Made by a program: the position numbers and the translations under genes. Under the pieces are notes generated by a model. It made no database searches and had not been told where the DNA came from. It saw nothing but the letters and a program-made list of their open reading frames with translations. From Gemmatimonadaceae bacterium (GTDB lineage Bacteria > Gemmatimonadota > Gemmatimonadetes > Gemmatimonadales > Gemmatimonadaceae): a stretch of 64,000 nucleotides of DNA. The stretch is from positions 1,765,506 through 1,829,505 of the forward strand of contig JBHYGA010000001.1 in assembly GCA_051859245.1 (NCBI GenBank), in the 5' to 3' direction. This document shows, piece by piece, positions 18,021 to 28,445 of this stretch (its first letter is position 1; each line of letters begins with the position of its first letter).

Positions 18021-18680
18021 TCAGCCAGGTGGCCAGCCACCGGCTCCAATCAAGGGGACGAATCGGACCGGGGTGATGTCACGGCGTTCTAGCTGGCCGC
18101 CCCGTTTTGTGAAGACCGCAAGTACCTGCTCGTCCCGATCGCCAATGGGCAGGAGGAGCCGCCCGCCCTCGGCCAGTTGCGCTTCGAGCGCCGGCGGAAC
18201 GTGAGGCGCCCCGGCGCCCACCACGATCCCGTCGAACGGCGCATAGTTGCTCCACCCAAGCGTTCCGTCGCCCAGCAAGAGGCTGACGTTGCGCACACCA
18301 AGTTCGCCGAGCAGGGCACGAGCACGTTCGAGCAGCGTACTCACACGCTCAATCGAAAACACCTGCGCCGCCAGCTCGGCCAGCAGCGCGGTCTGGTACG
18401 CCGACCCGGTACCAATCTCGAGCACTCGCTCCGAGCCGGTGAGTTGCAGGAGCTCAAGTGCCCGCGCATGCACATACGGCTGCGATATGGTCTGACCTGC
18501 GCCAATCGGCAATGCGGCGTCTTCGTAGGCACGATGCCGCGTGGACTCCGGCACGAACTTGTGGCGCGGCACCATGTCGATGGCCCGCAGCACGGCCAGG
18601 TCCTTGATGCCCTTGTCCTGGAGCGTTTCGATCAGGCGCCTGCGCGCGCCGCTAAAGCCCGGCTCTACAGCTCGCGCCAC
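18021..18680 (-). CDS. pcm: Protein-L-isoaspartate O-methyltransferase
   Basis: GQTISQPY, LEIGTGSAYQ, VRFVPL; follows surE. Confidence 0.97.
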   Translation of the reverse strand: MARAVEPGFSGARRRLIETLQDKGIKDLAVLRAIDMVPRHKFVPESTRHRAYEDAALPIGAGQTISQPYVHARALELLQLTGSERVLEIGTGSAYQTALLAELAAQVFSIERVSTLLERARALLGELGVRNVSLLLGDGTLGWSNYAPFDGIVVGAGAPHVPPALEAQLAEGGRLLLPIGDRDEQVLAVFTKRGGQLERRDITPVRFVPLIGAGGWPPG

Positions 18681-19423
18681 CAGTCCGCCGACGCATCGAG
18701 CTGATCGCGATGCGTGAGATCGAGATGCAACGGTGTGATCGACACATAACCATCAGCAACCGTGGCAAAGTCTGAGTCCGCCGGCCCGCTCCACTCCACC
18801 GAGCCGCCACCGATCCAGAAGATCTCGCGCCCCCACGGGTCCTTCATGCGCGTGATTGAATCGGAGAAGACGCGACGACCGAGGCGTGTGAGTTTCACGC
18901 CCTTGATCTGTGATGCTTCGAGCGCCGGCATGTTCACGTTGAGAATTGTGTCACGCGGAAATGCCGGGAGTGATGTGAGATGCGCGATGATCTCGCGCAG
19001 CAATCCCACATGCGAGTCGAGCAACGCATCGGCACGCAGCACAGTGCCGGCAAAAGACACGGCGATTGACGGAATGCCAAGCGCGAGTCCTTCCATCGCG
19101 GCCGCGACGGTGCCCGAGTAGAGCACGTCTTCGCCCATGTTGGCGCCATGGTTGATGCCACTGATGACAAAATCCGGGCGCTCGGTCATGAGCGCGCCCA
19201 CACCAATGAGCACGGAATCAGTGGGCGTGCCATCGACCTGCCAGCGACGTTCGCCAAGTCGTACCGGGCGCAACGGATGATGCAGCGTGAGCGAATGACT
19301 GGTCGCGCTCTGTTCACGATCCGGCGCCACCACGTACAACTCACCGAGTGTTTCGCACGCACGTTCAAGCACGCCGAGACCGCGTGCGAGAATACCGTCA
19401 TCGTTACTGAGCAGAATACGCAT
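18665..19423 (-). CDS. surE: 5'/3'-nucleotidase SurE
   Basis: ILLSNDDG, GTPTD, SGINHGANMGEDVLYSGTVAAAMEG. Confidence 0.98.
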   Translation of the reverse strand: MRILLSNDDGILARGLGVLERACETLGELYVVAPDREQSATSHSLTLHHPLRPVRLGERRWQVDGTPTDSVLIGVGALMTERPDFVISGINHGANMGEDVLYSGTVAAAMEGLALGIPSIAVSFAGTVLRADALLDSHVGLLREIIAHLTSLPAFPRDTILNVNMPALEASQIKGVKLTRLGRRVFSDSITRMKDPWGREIFWIGGGSVEWSGPADSDFATVADGYVSITPLHLDLTHRDQLDASADWWREL

Positions 19424-19424
19424 G

Positions 19425-19826
19425 TCAGACGCTGGAGTTCGGATTGGAGGCCGGCTGTGTCACAGTACTTCGCAGCGGCGCATCGAGCAATGATTGCAGC
19501 GACAGCAACTCGCGTTCCAACGCCTCGACGCTTTCGAGTTCGAGCGCCGCGCGTGCCGACGCCTTGAGCTGCCCGCCGCGTCGATGTTCATCGAGCTTTT
19601 GTCGTGCCCCATCGATGGTGTATTTCTCCACGTACAGCAACTGCTTGACCAACAGGATCAACTCAACTTCGCGTCGCGCGTACACGCGATTGCCTGAGCG
19701 ATTCTTCGCGGGACTGAGCACCTTGAACTGGCTCTCCCAATAGCGGAGCACGTGTGGCTTGAGCTCCGTGAGATTGCACACTTCACCAATGGAGTAGAAC
19801 TCCTGAACGGGCTCGCCCTTAAGCAT
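19425..19826 (-). CDS. MerR-family transcriptional regulator
   Basis: YSIGEV..LKPHVLRYWESQF..P.KNRSGNRVY HTH. Confidence 0.9.
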   Translation of the reverse strand: MLKGEPVQEFYSIGEVCNLTELKPHVLRYWESQFKVLSPAKNRSGNRVYARREVELILLVKQLLYVEKYTIDGARQKLDEHRRGGQLKASARAALELESVEALERELLSLQSLLDAPLRSTVTQPASNPNSSV

Positions 19827-20848
19827 CAGGAGCCGTCCCGTTCAGCGCGTAGCTCACGCTGCATCAGTTCGGCGATCGCTTCAACCGGCGGCTGACCATC
19901 AAACAGAATGCGATGCGTGGCCTCGACGATTGGCATTTCCACACCGGCACGCTCGGCGAGTGCACGTGCGCTCTGCGCGTTCAGCACGCCCTCTGCAACC
20001 GTGTCTTTGCCCGCCAGTGCCTGCTCCAGCGTGAGCCCCTGCCCGATCGCGACACCAACCGCACGATTGCGACTCAGCGATCCGGTGCACGTGAGCACGA
20101 GATCGCCGAGGCCAGCAAGTCCGGCAAACGTTTCCGAGTGAGCGCCGAGCGCCACACCCAAGCGTGTCATTTCCGCCAGGCCGCGCGTGATCAATGCCGC
20201 GCGTGGATTGAATCCCATGCCAAGCCCTTCAAGAATTCCGGTGGCCACCGCCATGACATTCTTGAGTGCTCCGCCAAGTTCCACGCCGATCACATCATCG
20301 GTGGTGTACACGCGAAACGCAGGCGCACTGGACGCCAACTGCAATAGTGCAGCTGCTGACGGTGTGCGGCTCGCGGCAACAACCGCGGTCGGTTGCCGCT
20401 GCGCGACTTCGGCGGCGAAGCTCGGACCGCTGAACGCAACGGTGGCGTGTGTGGGCAACTCCTGCTCGACCACATCGGTCATAAGCGCAAGCGTATCGCG
20501 TTCGATACCCTTGGTTGCGACCGCAAGCACAGCCGACGCCTCCACATGCGCCGCACCGGCGCGCACCACAGCGCGCAGCACGTGCGATGGCGCCGCGTAC
20601 ACCACAAGAACGGCATGATCGAGTGCATGCGCCATGTCGCCCGTGGCGACCAGATTGGGCGCCAGCGGAATACCGTCCAGAAAGTGCGTGTTGATGTGCT
20701 GCGTGTTGATAGACTCAATCACATCATCTTCGCGAGCCCACAGGCGCACGGCGTGTCCGTTTCGCGCGAGACGATCGGCAATCGCCGTGCCCCACGCACC
20801 CGCGCCGATGACCGCGCATCGCATACGCGCTGACGCAACCGGCTGCAT
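19826..20848 (-). CDS. gpsA: NAD(P)H-dependent glycerol-3-phosphate dehydrogenase
   Basis: GAGAWGTA, TKGIE, SGPSFA, GGALKNV, GLGDLVLTC...SRN. Confidence 0.97.
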   Translation of the reverse strand: MQPVASARMRCAVIGAGAWGTAIADRLARNGHAVRLWAREDDVIESINTQHINTHFLDGIPLAPNLVATGDMAHALDHAVLVVYAAPSHVLRAVVRAGAAHVEASAVLAVATKGIERDTLALMTDVVEQELPTHATVAFSGPSFAAEVAQRQPTAVVAASRTPSAAALLQLASSAPAFRVYTTDDVIGVELGGALKNVMAVATGILEGLGMGFNPRAALITRGLAEMTRLGVALGAHSETFAGLAGLGDLVLTCTGSLSRNRAVGVAIGQGLTLEQALAGKDTVAEGVLNAQSARALAERAGVEMPIVEATHRILFDGQPPVEAIAELMQRELRAERDGS

Positions 20849-21504
20849 CAGCGCACACCCTCAGCCGCGGAGTCTGCAGGTGCGACCGATTTGTCGCCGA
20901 GCTTGCGCTCGGTGCCGAGTCGCAGACGCGTGATGTTTTCACGATGCGTGTAGAACACGAACGCTGTAACGGCGGCGGCGACCGCAAACAGTGGTGTGGT
21001 GACACCGTTCATCACGCCAACGCTCGCTGCGAGGACAACAGCACCAACGAGTGACGCCAACGAGATGTAGCGAGAGGCCCACGCCGTGACAAAGAACCCG
21101 ATCATCGCGAGCAATGCGGGAATGGGCACGAGCGCCAGAAATACACCACTGGCCGTGGCCACCCCTTTGCCACCGCCTTTGCCGCGCAGAAATACGGGAC
21201 GGACGTGCCCAATGATTGCCGCGAGTCCAAACGCCATGCCCCAATGCGGATGCGTAGTCCCGCCAAACAGCGTTGGTAGCAAACGGGGCAGCAGCGCAAC
21301 CGGCAGCGCGCCCTTGAGCGTATCAACGAAGTACACCAGCAGACCCGCCTTCCAGCCGAGTGTGCGGAGCGCGTTTGTTGCACCAAGATTTCCTGATCCT
21401 ACCGTGCGCAAATCAACACCATGCGCTCGCCCCACCAGATAGGCGGTGGGGATTGATCCCATCATCCAGGCCAGCAGCAGGCCCACAACGAACGCTGCAC
21501 TCAT
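20848..21504 (-). CDS. plsY: Glycerol-3-phosphate acyltransferase PlsY
   Basis: GSGNLGATNALR, KGGGKGVAT, HRENITRL..GTE. Confidence 0.96.
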   Translation of the reverse strand: MSAAFVVGLLLAWMMGSIPTAYLVGRAHGVDLRTVGSGNLGATNALRTLGWKAGLLVYFVDTLKGALPVALLPRLLPTLFGGTTHPHWGMAFGLAAIIGHVRPVFLRGKGGGKGVATASGVFLALVPIPALLAMIGFFVTAWASRYISLASLVGAVVLAASVGVMNGVTTPLFAVAAAVTAFVFYTHRENITRLRLGTERKLGDKSVAPADSAAEGVR

Positions 21505-21543
21505 ACCGGAGTCATCATCGCAAGGTTCAGGGTGTCACGCAGG

Positions 21544-22860
21544 TTATTGCGCGGCGTTCTTGCGACGCAGCACAATACGCAGCGGACTGCCGGTAAACGG
21601 AAACGTCTCGCGGAATCCGTTGTGCAAAAAGCGGATGTAGTGCTCCACCACCAGATCGGGATGATTGCCGAACACCGCGATGGTAGGCGGCGCAATTTCA
21701 ACTTGCGTGGCGTAGTTGAGCTTGACTTCGAGACCAGCCTGCTGCGGCGGCTGACGACGCGCCAGCAACTCGCCAAGGCGATCGTTCACATCGCTCGTGG
21801 AAATGCGTGTCTTGCGCGCGGCATCCACCTCGAGCACGAGATCAAGGATCTTGTTCACGCGCTGTCCGGTGAGCGCTGAGGTGAACAGGAATGGCACGTG
21901 CGCGAGGAACGGCGCCTTCTCCACAATATCCTTTCGGAATTTGTCGGCGCTCTTGTCACCCTTCTCAGGATACAAGTCCCACTTGTTCACCACGAGAATC
22001 AGACCACGGCCCGCTTCCCATGCGATCGTGGCGACTTTGAGATCCTGATTGTGAATACCGTCAACAGCGTCCACGAGCAACACGCAGATGTCCGCGCGGT
22101 CAATCGCCTTGCGCGTACGCAAGGTGGCGTAGAACTCAATGCCCTCGTCAACCTTGCTCTGCCGGCGCAAACCCGCCGTGTCCACAAAGATCAGATCACG
22201 CTCGTGGTACCGCAGCGGCGTGTCGATGGAATCGCGCGTCGTGCCCGCTTCGTCTGCCACCACCAGTCGATCTTCTTTCAAGATGCGATTGATGAACGAC
22301 GACTTGCCTACATTCGGACGGCCGATCACGGCCACACGCGTGGCATCCGGCACTTCTTCCGGCGCTTCGGGAATGCGCTTGATCACTTCATCGAGCAGAT
22401 CGCCCGTACTGATGCCATTCTTGGCCGACACCGGAATCGGATCACCGGCACCGAGTTCGTAGAACTCGTACCAGTTGGCATTCTTGGCGTCGTCGACCTT
22501 GTTCACCACAAGCACCCACGGCTTGCTGGCGTCGCGCAGCAGATCGAGCACGCGCCGATCACTCGGATGCAGGCCCGCCTTCGCGTCGACCACCAGCATG
22601 AGCAGATCGGCTTCATCAATGGCCATCAGCACTTGCTTGCGGATTTCGAGATCCATGGGCATGTGCGGATCGTCAGCGAGACCGCCGGTATCCACGATCC
22701 AGAAATGCTTGCCGGCCCAATCGGTTTGCGCAAAGTGACGGTCGCGCGTGGTGCCCGCTTCATCACTGACAATGGCGCTGGTTCCGCCGACGATGCGGTT
22801 GAAGAGCGCGGATTTACCAACGTTCGGGCGCCCAACGAGCGCGACGACGGGAAGACTCAT
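21544..22860 (-). CDS. der: Ribosome biogenesis GTPase Der (EngA)
   Basis: Two G domains (GRPNVGKS twice, GTTRD, DTGG/DTAG, NKxD) plus KH-like tail. Confidence 0.98.
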   Translation of the reverse strand: MSLPVVALVGRPNVGKSALFNRIVGGTSAIVSDEAGTTRDRHFAQTDWAGKHFWIVDTGGLADDPHMPMDLEIRKQVLMAIDEADLLMLVVDAKAGLHPSDRRVLDLLRDASKPWVLVVNKVDDAKNANWYEFYELGAGDPIPVSAKNGISTGDLLDEVIKRIPEAPEEVPDATRVAVIGRPNVGKSSFINRILKEDRLVVADEAGTTRDSIDTPLRYHERDLIFVDTAGLRRQSKVDEGIEFYATLRTRKAIDRADICVLLVDAVDGIHNQDLKVATIAWEAGRGLILVVNKWDLYPEKGDKSADKFRKDIVEKAPFLAHVPFLFTSALTGQRVNKILDLVLEVDAARKTRISTSDVNDRLGELLARRQPPQQAGLEVKLNYATQVEIAPPTIAVFGNHPDLVVEHYIRFLHNGFRETFPFTGSPLRIVLRRKNAAQ

Positions 22861-24152
22861 GCTGCAGGACTCCAGGCACAGCTGCCTTCCGGCACCAGCG
22901 CATCTATAAAATCGTAAGAAGGAAATACAGGCATCGACAAACTTTCACGCACAGTCACAAACGGCTCGTCATCAAGAAAGAGGCCGTCGTCGTTAATGCA
23001 CTCGGCCGGAATAAGAGCGAGGTCGAGGTCATGTCGACCTTCGAGCGCGCGGCGAATGTCTGCCCCAACCAACAACCCTGCGGTCGTGGTGGTCGGGCCA
23101 AACAAGGAGTTCTCTACCGGGATGAGCACAAACGATGCGCCGGTCTGCAGGGTGAGCTTGTCGAGCAGCTCGGGCATGAGCGGCGCCATGGAGACGCCGG
23201 TGACCACGCCAATGCGTCGACCATCGAGGCGCGGCAGCTGCGAGAGGCCGCGCTCCACACGCTGTCGAAGTGACGCGACCGCGCCCACACCGTTCTCGAT
23301 CTGCTGAAACTCTCCGTAGAACTCGGGACTCGGCAGTTCGCGCCCGGCCAACAGATACAACTCGTCAGATCCGTACACCCAGCGTTCGCCGCGCTCGCGC
23401 AGCGCTTTTTCAGCCCAGCGATCAACGTGGTCCAGCAACTCGCTCGACGCCGCCGGGTCCATCGACTGGCCGGTATACAAGTGCGAGAACTGCGTGACGC
23501 CCACCGGCACGATCGCCACCGACATCATGGCGTCGCCGAGTTCGTACAGATCATGCAGCGACTCTTCGAGCACGGCGCCATCATTCAGGCCAGGCACGAT
23601 GACCATCTGCCCGTGAAAGCTGATGCCGCCCTCGGCCAGACGGGTGAGCTGCTCCACAATGTTCGGGACGCGCGGGTTGTTCAGCAGGACCTTGCGCGCT
23701 TCCCAGGGTGTGGCGTGCACCGACACGTACAGCGGCGACAGCCGGTACTCGAGAATGCGCTGAATGTCTTTCTCTTTGACGTTGCTCAGCGTGGCGAAGT
23801 TGCCGTACGCGAACGAGAGTCGGTAGTCATCGTCGCGAATGTAGAGCGGCTTGCGCAGCCCCTTGGGCAGCCCTTCGATAAAGCAGAACTCGCAGCGATT
23901 GGCGCATCGACGCACCGTGGGCGGCGCGAGCACCACACCCATCACGTCGTCGGCGTCGCGCTCAATGTCGTACTCGATTTCTGTGCCGTCGGGCAAACGC
24001 GCCGAAATGACAAACGCGTCGTCGGCCGTGAGAAACTCCCAGTCGAGGAAGTCTTCCAACGGGCGACCGTTGACGGCCAGTAGTTCGGTCCCGGGCTCGA
24101 TGCCAATGGCGTCGGCGATGCTTTCGGGTTGGACAGCGGTGACACGAACCAT
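22857..24152 (-). CDS. PDZ + radical-SAM-like Fe-S protein with DUF512 domain
   Basis: N-terminal PDZ-like segment, CANRCEFC (CxxxCxxC), DDDYRLSF..GNFATL, ENGVG; ATG 24152 preferred. Confidence 0.85.
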   Translation of the reverse strand: MVRVTAVQPESIADAIGIEPGTELLAVNGRPLEDFLDWEFLTADDAFVISARLPDGTEIEYDIERDADDVMGVVLAPPTVRRCANRCEFCFIEGLPKGLRKPLYIRDDDYRLSFAYGNFATLSNVKEKDIQRILEYRLSPLYVSVHATPWEARKVLLNNPRVPNIVEQLTRLAEGGISFHGQMVIVPGLNDGAVLEESLHDLYELGDAMMSVAIVPVGVTQFSHLYTGQSMDPAASSELLDHVDRWAEKALRERGERWVYGSDELYLLAGRELPSPEFYGEFQQIENGVGAVASLRQRVERGLSQLPRLDGRRIGVVTGVSMAPLMPELLDKLTLQTGASFVLIPVENSLFGPTTTTAGLLVGADIRRALEGRHDLDLALIPAECINDDGLFLDDEPFVTVRESLSMPVFPSYDFIDALVPEGSCAWSPAA

Positions 24153-24177
24153 TCGAACAAGACGCCGCGCAGACGAT

Positions 24178-24222
24178 GACAGAACAGAACGGGGGCCGAG
24201 ACCGCATCGCGGTCCGCCCCCG
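24178..24222 (-). terminator. GC-rich hairpin downstream of the M16 peptidase gene, possible terminator
   Basis: CGGGGG...CCCCCG stem with inner GACCGC/GCGGTC, then TTCTGTTCTGT on the minus strand. Confidence 0.4.
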
Positions 24223-24367
24223 GTCGAGATGGGTGCGCTCACGCCACACCCTATCTGAGAAAGTTTACGAGGTCATGCCCCCGAAGTCAAGCAATAACAT
24301 GGACTTCGGGCAGCTCCTCGCACGTACATTCGAAGCCGTCGCGTGGCCGCCCGCCGTCCCTGCTCCA

Positions 24368-27280
24368 CTACTTCACACGCTGCCCGTCCCGATCCAGAAC
24401 GATCGGCTCTCCGAGGCCGAGCGCGCGCAATCTCGGCAGCTGCGTCCGCGCGTCGCCAACCACCAGCCAGATCATGCGCGACGGGTCCAGGTATCGCTGC
24501 GCCAACGCCTGAATGCGCGGCACGTCCATGTCGCGCACAATCTTCTCCCGCTGCAGCACGTAATCCGCCGAGAATCCGAACGCGCTCATATCGCTGAGTA
24601 GTCCCAACTTGGCGCCGGCTGTTTCGAATGCGCCCGCGTTGGAGCGCAACAGAAAACTCTTCGTTTCCTCAAGGTCTGCCGCGTCAAAGTCGGGGCCGTG
24701 CCGCTCCACGATTTGTTTGATCGCCTGCAACGCCTCAAGGGTGACGTTGGCGCGCACCGACGAGCCAATCTGGAACGGACCCGGAATATCTGTGCCTTGG
24801 AACGAGGAGTTGACGCCGTACGTGTATCCGCGCTGCTCACGCAACACCTGAGTGAGCTCCGACGCAAAGCCGCCACCACCTAACCGGAAGTTCATGACCA
24901 CTGCCGGATAGTACTCTTCGTTGGTGACCGCGAGCGCGGGATAGCCAATGCGCAGCACGGACTGACTCGCGTTGGGCACGTCCACAAAGTAGAGCCCAGC
25001 CCTATCCGGGCTCCACGTAGGCGCCGCCGGCATCGCGGGAGCGGTACCGCTCCAGGTGGCGGCGATTCCGGCCAGCGACGATTCCACCTGGTCCTGCGAC
25101 ACCGCACCCGAGACATGAAACGCCGCGCTCGAGGGCTTGAGCGCCGATTGGTGGTAGGCGCGCAGGTCGGCCAGCGTGATGGATTCGACGCTGCTCAGCG
25201 TGCCCAGCGGATTCTGCGCGAGGATATGTCCCTCGTACAGCTGACGGCGAAACACGTTACCGGCGATGGCCACCGGATTGGCCGCGAGCTGGCGCAGTTG
25301 ATTGGCGACGCGCTGCTGCGACAACACGAACTCCGCCGAATCGAATCGCGGCTCGAGCAAGATCTCCCGCACCAGCGACATGGTAGAATCGTAGTTCCTC
25401 GCCAACGTGCTTCCACGAACCGAGAAACGCTGACCATCAGAAGACACATTGATGGAGGCGCCGAGCATGTCGATCGCTTTCTCCAGCTCGGCTGGCGTAC
25501 GCTTGGCCGTACCCGCCGTCATGCTTTCCGCCAACAGGTTCGCAACGCCTACACGGTCAGGCGACTCGACCAACTGTCCGCCGCGAATCGACAACTCGAA
25601 CTGTACGAGCGGCACTTCGCGATCTTCAATACCAAACACCGGCAAACCGTTGGCGAGCTCGGTGCGCCACACGTTGGGTGCCTTGAGCGACGGCGACGTG
25701 CCGAACGGCGGCTCCACAGCACGATCAAAGCTCGAGGTGGTCCGTTCCGTACCGCGAACGATCTCTCCGATCTCCGCCTCTGCGCCAATCACAATCGGCT
25801 CTTCCACCACGGCCGCGCGTGTTGATCCATCCAACGCGAGCTGTGGCTGTCCTTTGGGCACAAAGCTCGTGATCACATGATGCTTGCCCTTGATGTACTG
25901 CTCGTACACGCGCTTCACGTCGGCTTCAGACACGGCTAGTGTGCGACGCAGATCTTCCTGCGCAAAGCCTGGATCCTTGGCAAAAATGTTGTACTGCGCG
26001 AGCTGGAACGCTTTTCCGATCACCGACGAGAGTGATGCGTAAAACGCGCGCTCGTAGCCAGCTTTGACGCGCTGCAGTTCCGACGCCACCACACCTTCTT
26101 GCTCAAAGCGGGCAAAGGCCATGTTGACCGCCGACGAGACGCTATCAAGATCGGTCTCCGCGAACGCACGCACGCTCAGGTCCCAGCGTCCGGCCAGCTC
26201 AGCGTTGAACTGGCCCGCGTTCACGGACGGCGCAACCTTTGCTTCTTCGACCAGCACTTTGTAAAACGGCGACGATTTCCCGTCGGTGAGCAATTGTGCA
26301 AGTACATCGAGCGCGTATTGGTCCGGGTGATACACGGGCACGGTTGGCCACGCGAGCGTGAGCATGGGAACGCGTGCCAGATTGTCTTCGTGCATCAAAC
26401 GCGGTGTTGCCGCGAGTGCCACCGCTGGAGGCGTGGGCGACGCCGGCATATCGCTTCTCGGTATTTCCCCGAAGTACTTCTCAATCCACGCCTTGGTCTC
26501 GGCCACGTTGATGTCGCCGGACACCACCAGCGTGGCGTTGTTCGGGCCGTACCAACGGCTATGAAAATCTTTCACATCGGCCAGTGTGGCGCTCTCCAGA
26601 TCAGCGAGCGATCCAATCACCTGCCACTTGTACGGATGTCCCTCTGGATAGAGGGCATTGTCGATGACGTAATCATTGTGCCCGTACGGCTGATTATCCA
26701 CGCTCTGCCGCTTTTCGTTCTTGACAACCTGCTTCTCTTTCGCGACGACCGACTCGGTCACCGTGTTGATAAAAAAGCCAAGTTTGTCGGCTTCGGCCCA
26801 CAGCGCTTTTTGCAACCCGTCCACCGGTACGGTTTCGAAGTAGTTTGTGCGATCGTTGCTGGTCGAGCCGTTGGTGGAGCTGCCCACGCGCGTCATCAAC
26901 TTGTCGAGGCCGCCCGGTCCAAGATTTTCGGAATCCAGAAAGAACAAGTGCTCGAACAGATGGGCGAATCCCGTTTTGCCAGCGACTTCGCGCGCCGAGC
27001 CCACGTGAAAGGTCATGGCCACCGCGGCGATCGGATCAGAGCGATCAACATGCAGAATGACATCGAGTCCGTTGGCAAGTTCGTAGCGCTCGAACTCCAC
27101 GGAAACGGTTGGGGTGCTGGCGCCGCCGGTGCTCGAGGACGAACCAATCGCGCCGTCCTTTGAGCACGCAGTCAAGAGTGCGGTGAGTACCGCGAAACGC
27201 GCCGCGCGCTGCACACCCGCGCGAACGCTGACACGCCACGAACGCGGTTCGAACGCGCGACGACCGATCACCTGCTGCAT
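24368..27280 (-). CDS. M16 family zinc peptidase (PqqL-like), lipoprotein
   Basis: HLFEH (HxxEH) zinc motif, duplicated M16 halves, LREQRGYTYG, LTAC lipobox; AGGAG SD before ATG 27280. Confidence 0.92.
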   Translation of the reverse strand: MQQVIGRRAFEPRSWRVSVRAGVQRAARFAVLTALLTACSKDGAIGSSSSTGGASTPTVSVEFERYELANGLDVILHVDRSDPIAAVAMTFHVGSAREVAGKTGFAHLFEHLFFLDSENLGPGGLDKLMTRVGSSTNGSTSNDRTNYFETVPVDGLQKALWAEADKLGFFINTVTESVVAKEKQVVKNEKRQSVDNQPYGHNDYVIDNALYPEGHPYKWQVIGSLADLESATLADVKDFHSRWYGPNNATLVVSGDINVAETKAWIEKYFGEIPRSDMPASPTPPAVALAATPRLMHEDNLARVPMLTLAWPTVPVYHPDQYALDVLAQLLTDGKSSPFYKVLVEEAKVAPSVNAGQFNAELAGRWDLSVRAFAETDLDSVSSAVNMAFARFEQEGVVASELQRVKAGYERAFYASLSSVIGKAFQLAQYNIFAKDPGFAQEDLRRTLAVSEADVKRVYEQYIKGKHHVITSFVPKGQPQLALDGSTRAAVVEEPIVIGAEAEIGEIVRGTERTTSSFDRAVEPPFGTSPSLKAPNVWRTELANGLPVFGIEDREVPLVQFELSIRGGQLVESPDRVGVANLLAESMTAGTAKRTPAELEKAIDMLGASINVSSDGQRFSVRGSTLARNYDSTMSLVREILLEPRFDSAEFVLSQQRVANQLRQLAANPVAIAGNVFRRQLYEGHILAQNPLGTLSSVESITLADLRAYHQSALKPSSAAFHVSGAVSQDQVESSLAGIAATWSGTAPAMPAAPTWSPDRAGLYFVDVPNASQSVLRIGYPALAVTNEEYYPAVVMNFRLGGGGFASELTQVLREQRGYTYGVNSSFQGTDIPGPFQIGSSVRANVTLEALQAIKQIVERHGPDFDAADLEETKSFLLRSNAGAFETAGAKLGLLSDMSAFGFSADYVLQREKIVRDMDVPRIQALAQRYLDPSRMIWLVVGDARTQLPRLRALGLGEPIVLDRDGQRVK

Positions 27281-27305
27281 GCTGGCTCCTGAATGGTTTG
27301 GAAAG

Positions 27306-28445
27306 TCACGCGCGGTACGATGCACCAACACCAGTATTGAACACCACTACATCGGCATCACGCGAGACTTTGCCCGCGTTGACCAGATCACGCAGCACAG
27401 CCACGGCGCACCCACCCTCGGGCGCGGCATCAATGCCCGTGTGTTCTGCAAGTTGACGAGTCGCGACACGCATCGTGTCGTCACTCACGCTTGCGGCGTG
27501 TCCCTGCGTTTCGCGCAAAATGCGGAGGAGAATGCGATCACCCAACGGCGTTGGGACACGAAGCCCGCTGGCGTACGTTTCCGGGTCAATCCATGGGTCG
27601 GCATGATCAGCGCCTGCGGCAAACGCGCGCGCGATCGGAGCGCAACCAGCCGATTGGGCCACCACGTACTGCGGCTGTTTCGCGTGCTCAGGGAGCCAGC
27701 CACTGCCCTTGAGTTCGTTGATCGCCTTCCAGATCCCAACAGTGCCTTCTCCACCGCCAGTTGGATAGACCACGACGTCAGGCAGCGACCAATCGCACTG
27801 CTCGGCGAGTTCGTAGCCCATGGTTTTCATGCCTTCGACGCGATACGGCTCGCGCAGCGTCGCAACTGGCCACCAGCCCGATTCCGCAGCGTAGGCAGCG
27901 GCCATTTTGCCGGCGTCTCCGATGTGTCCATCAATGCGCACCAGTTGCGCGCCCATCGCGTCGATTGTGTCGAGAATTGGACGCGGTGTGGTCTTGGGCG
28001 CAAACACGCGGACCGGGATTCCGGCAGCTGCCGCGTACGCAGCCAGTGCTGCGCCGGCATTGCCCGCGGTCGGTACCACGAGCCCGGGCACCTTGTCTCC
28101 CTTGGCGCGCGTTACGGTCGCACTCATTCCGCGCGCTTTGAATGAACCGGTCGGGTTCTGTGATTCATCCTTGATGCGAAGCCGACGAACCCCGATGCTC
28201 TGGGCGAGCGCGGGCGCGTCGATCAGTGGGGTAAGCCCCTCACCAAGAGTGACAGGAGCTTCACCGACATGCAGCGGAAGCCACGCCGCATAGCGCCACA
28301 TATCCCAGCGCGCTGGAAACGTGTGATCGCGCGGCACTGGCGTGTAGGATGCAAAGAGCGGCTGACCACACGCCGGGCACGTGGTCGCACCCGCAAGCGA
28401 TTCACGCGGTGTGTGGCACGCGGAGCAGGAAAGAGTCCAGGTCAC
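27306..28445 (-). CDS. thrC: Threonine synthase (PLP fold II)
   Basis: LGEGLTPL, KDESQNPTGSFKARG, EGMKTMGYE, N-terminal CxxC/CxxC. Confidence 0.8.
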   Translation of the reverse strand: MTWTLSCSACHTPRESLAGATTCPACGQPLFASYTPVPRDHTFPARWDMWRYAAWLPLHVGEAPVTLGEGLTPLIDAPALAQSIGVRRLRIKDESQNPTGSFKARGMSATVTRAKGDKVPGLVVPTAGNAGAALAAYAAAAGIPVRVFAPKTTPRPILDTIDAMGAQLVRIDGHIGDAGKMAAAYAAESGWWPVATLREPYRVEGMKTMGYELAEQCDWSLPDVVVYPTGGGEGTVGIWKAINELKGSGWLPEHAKQPQYVVAQSAGCAPIARAFAAGADHADPWIDPETYASGLRVPTPLGDRILLRILRETQGHAASVSDDTMRVATRQLAEHTGIDAAPEGGCAVAVLRDLVNAGKVSRDADVVVFNTGVGASYRA

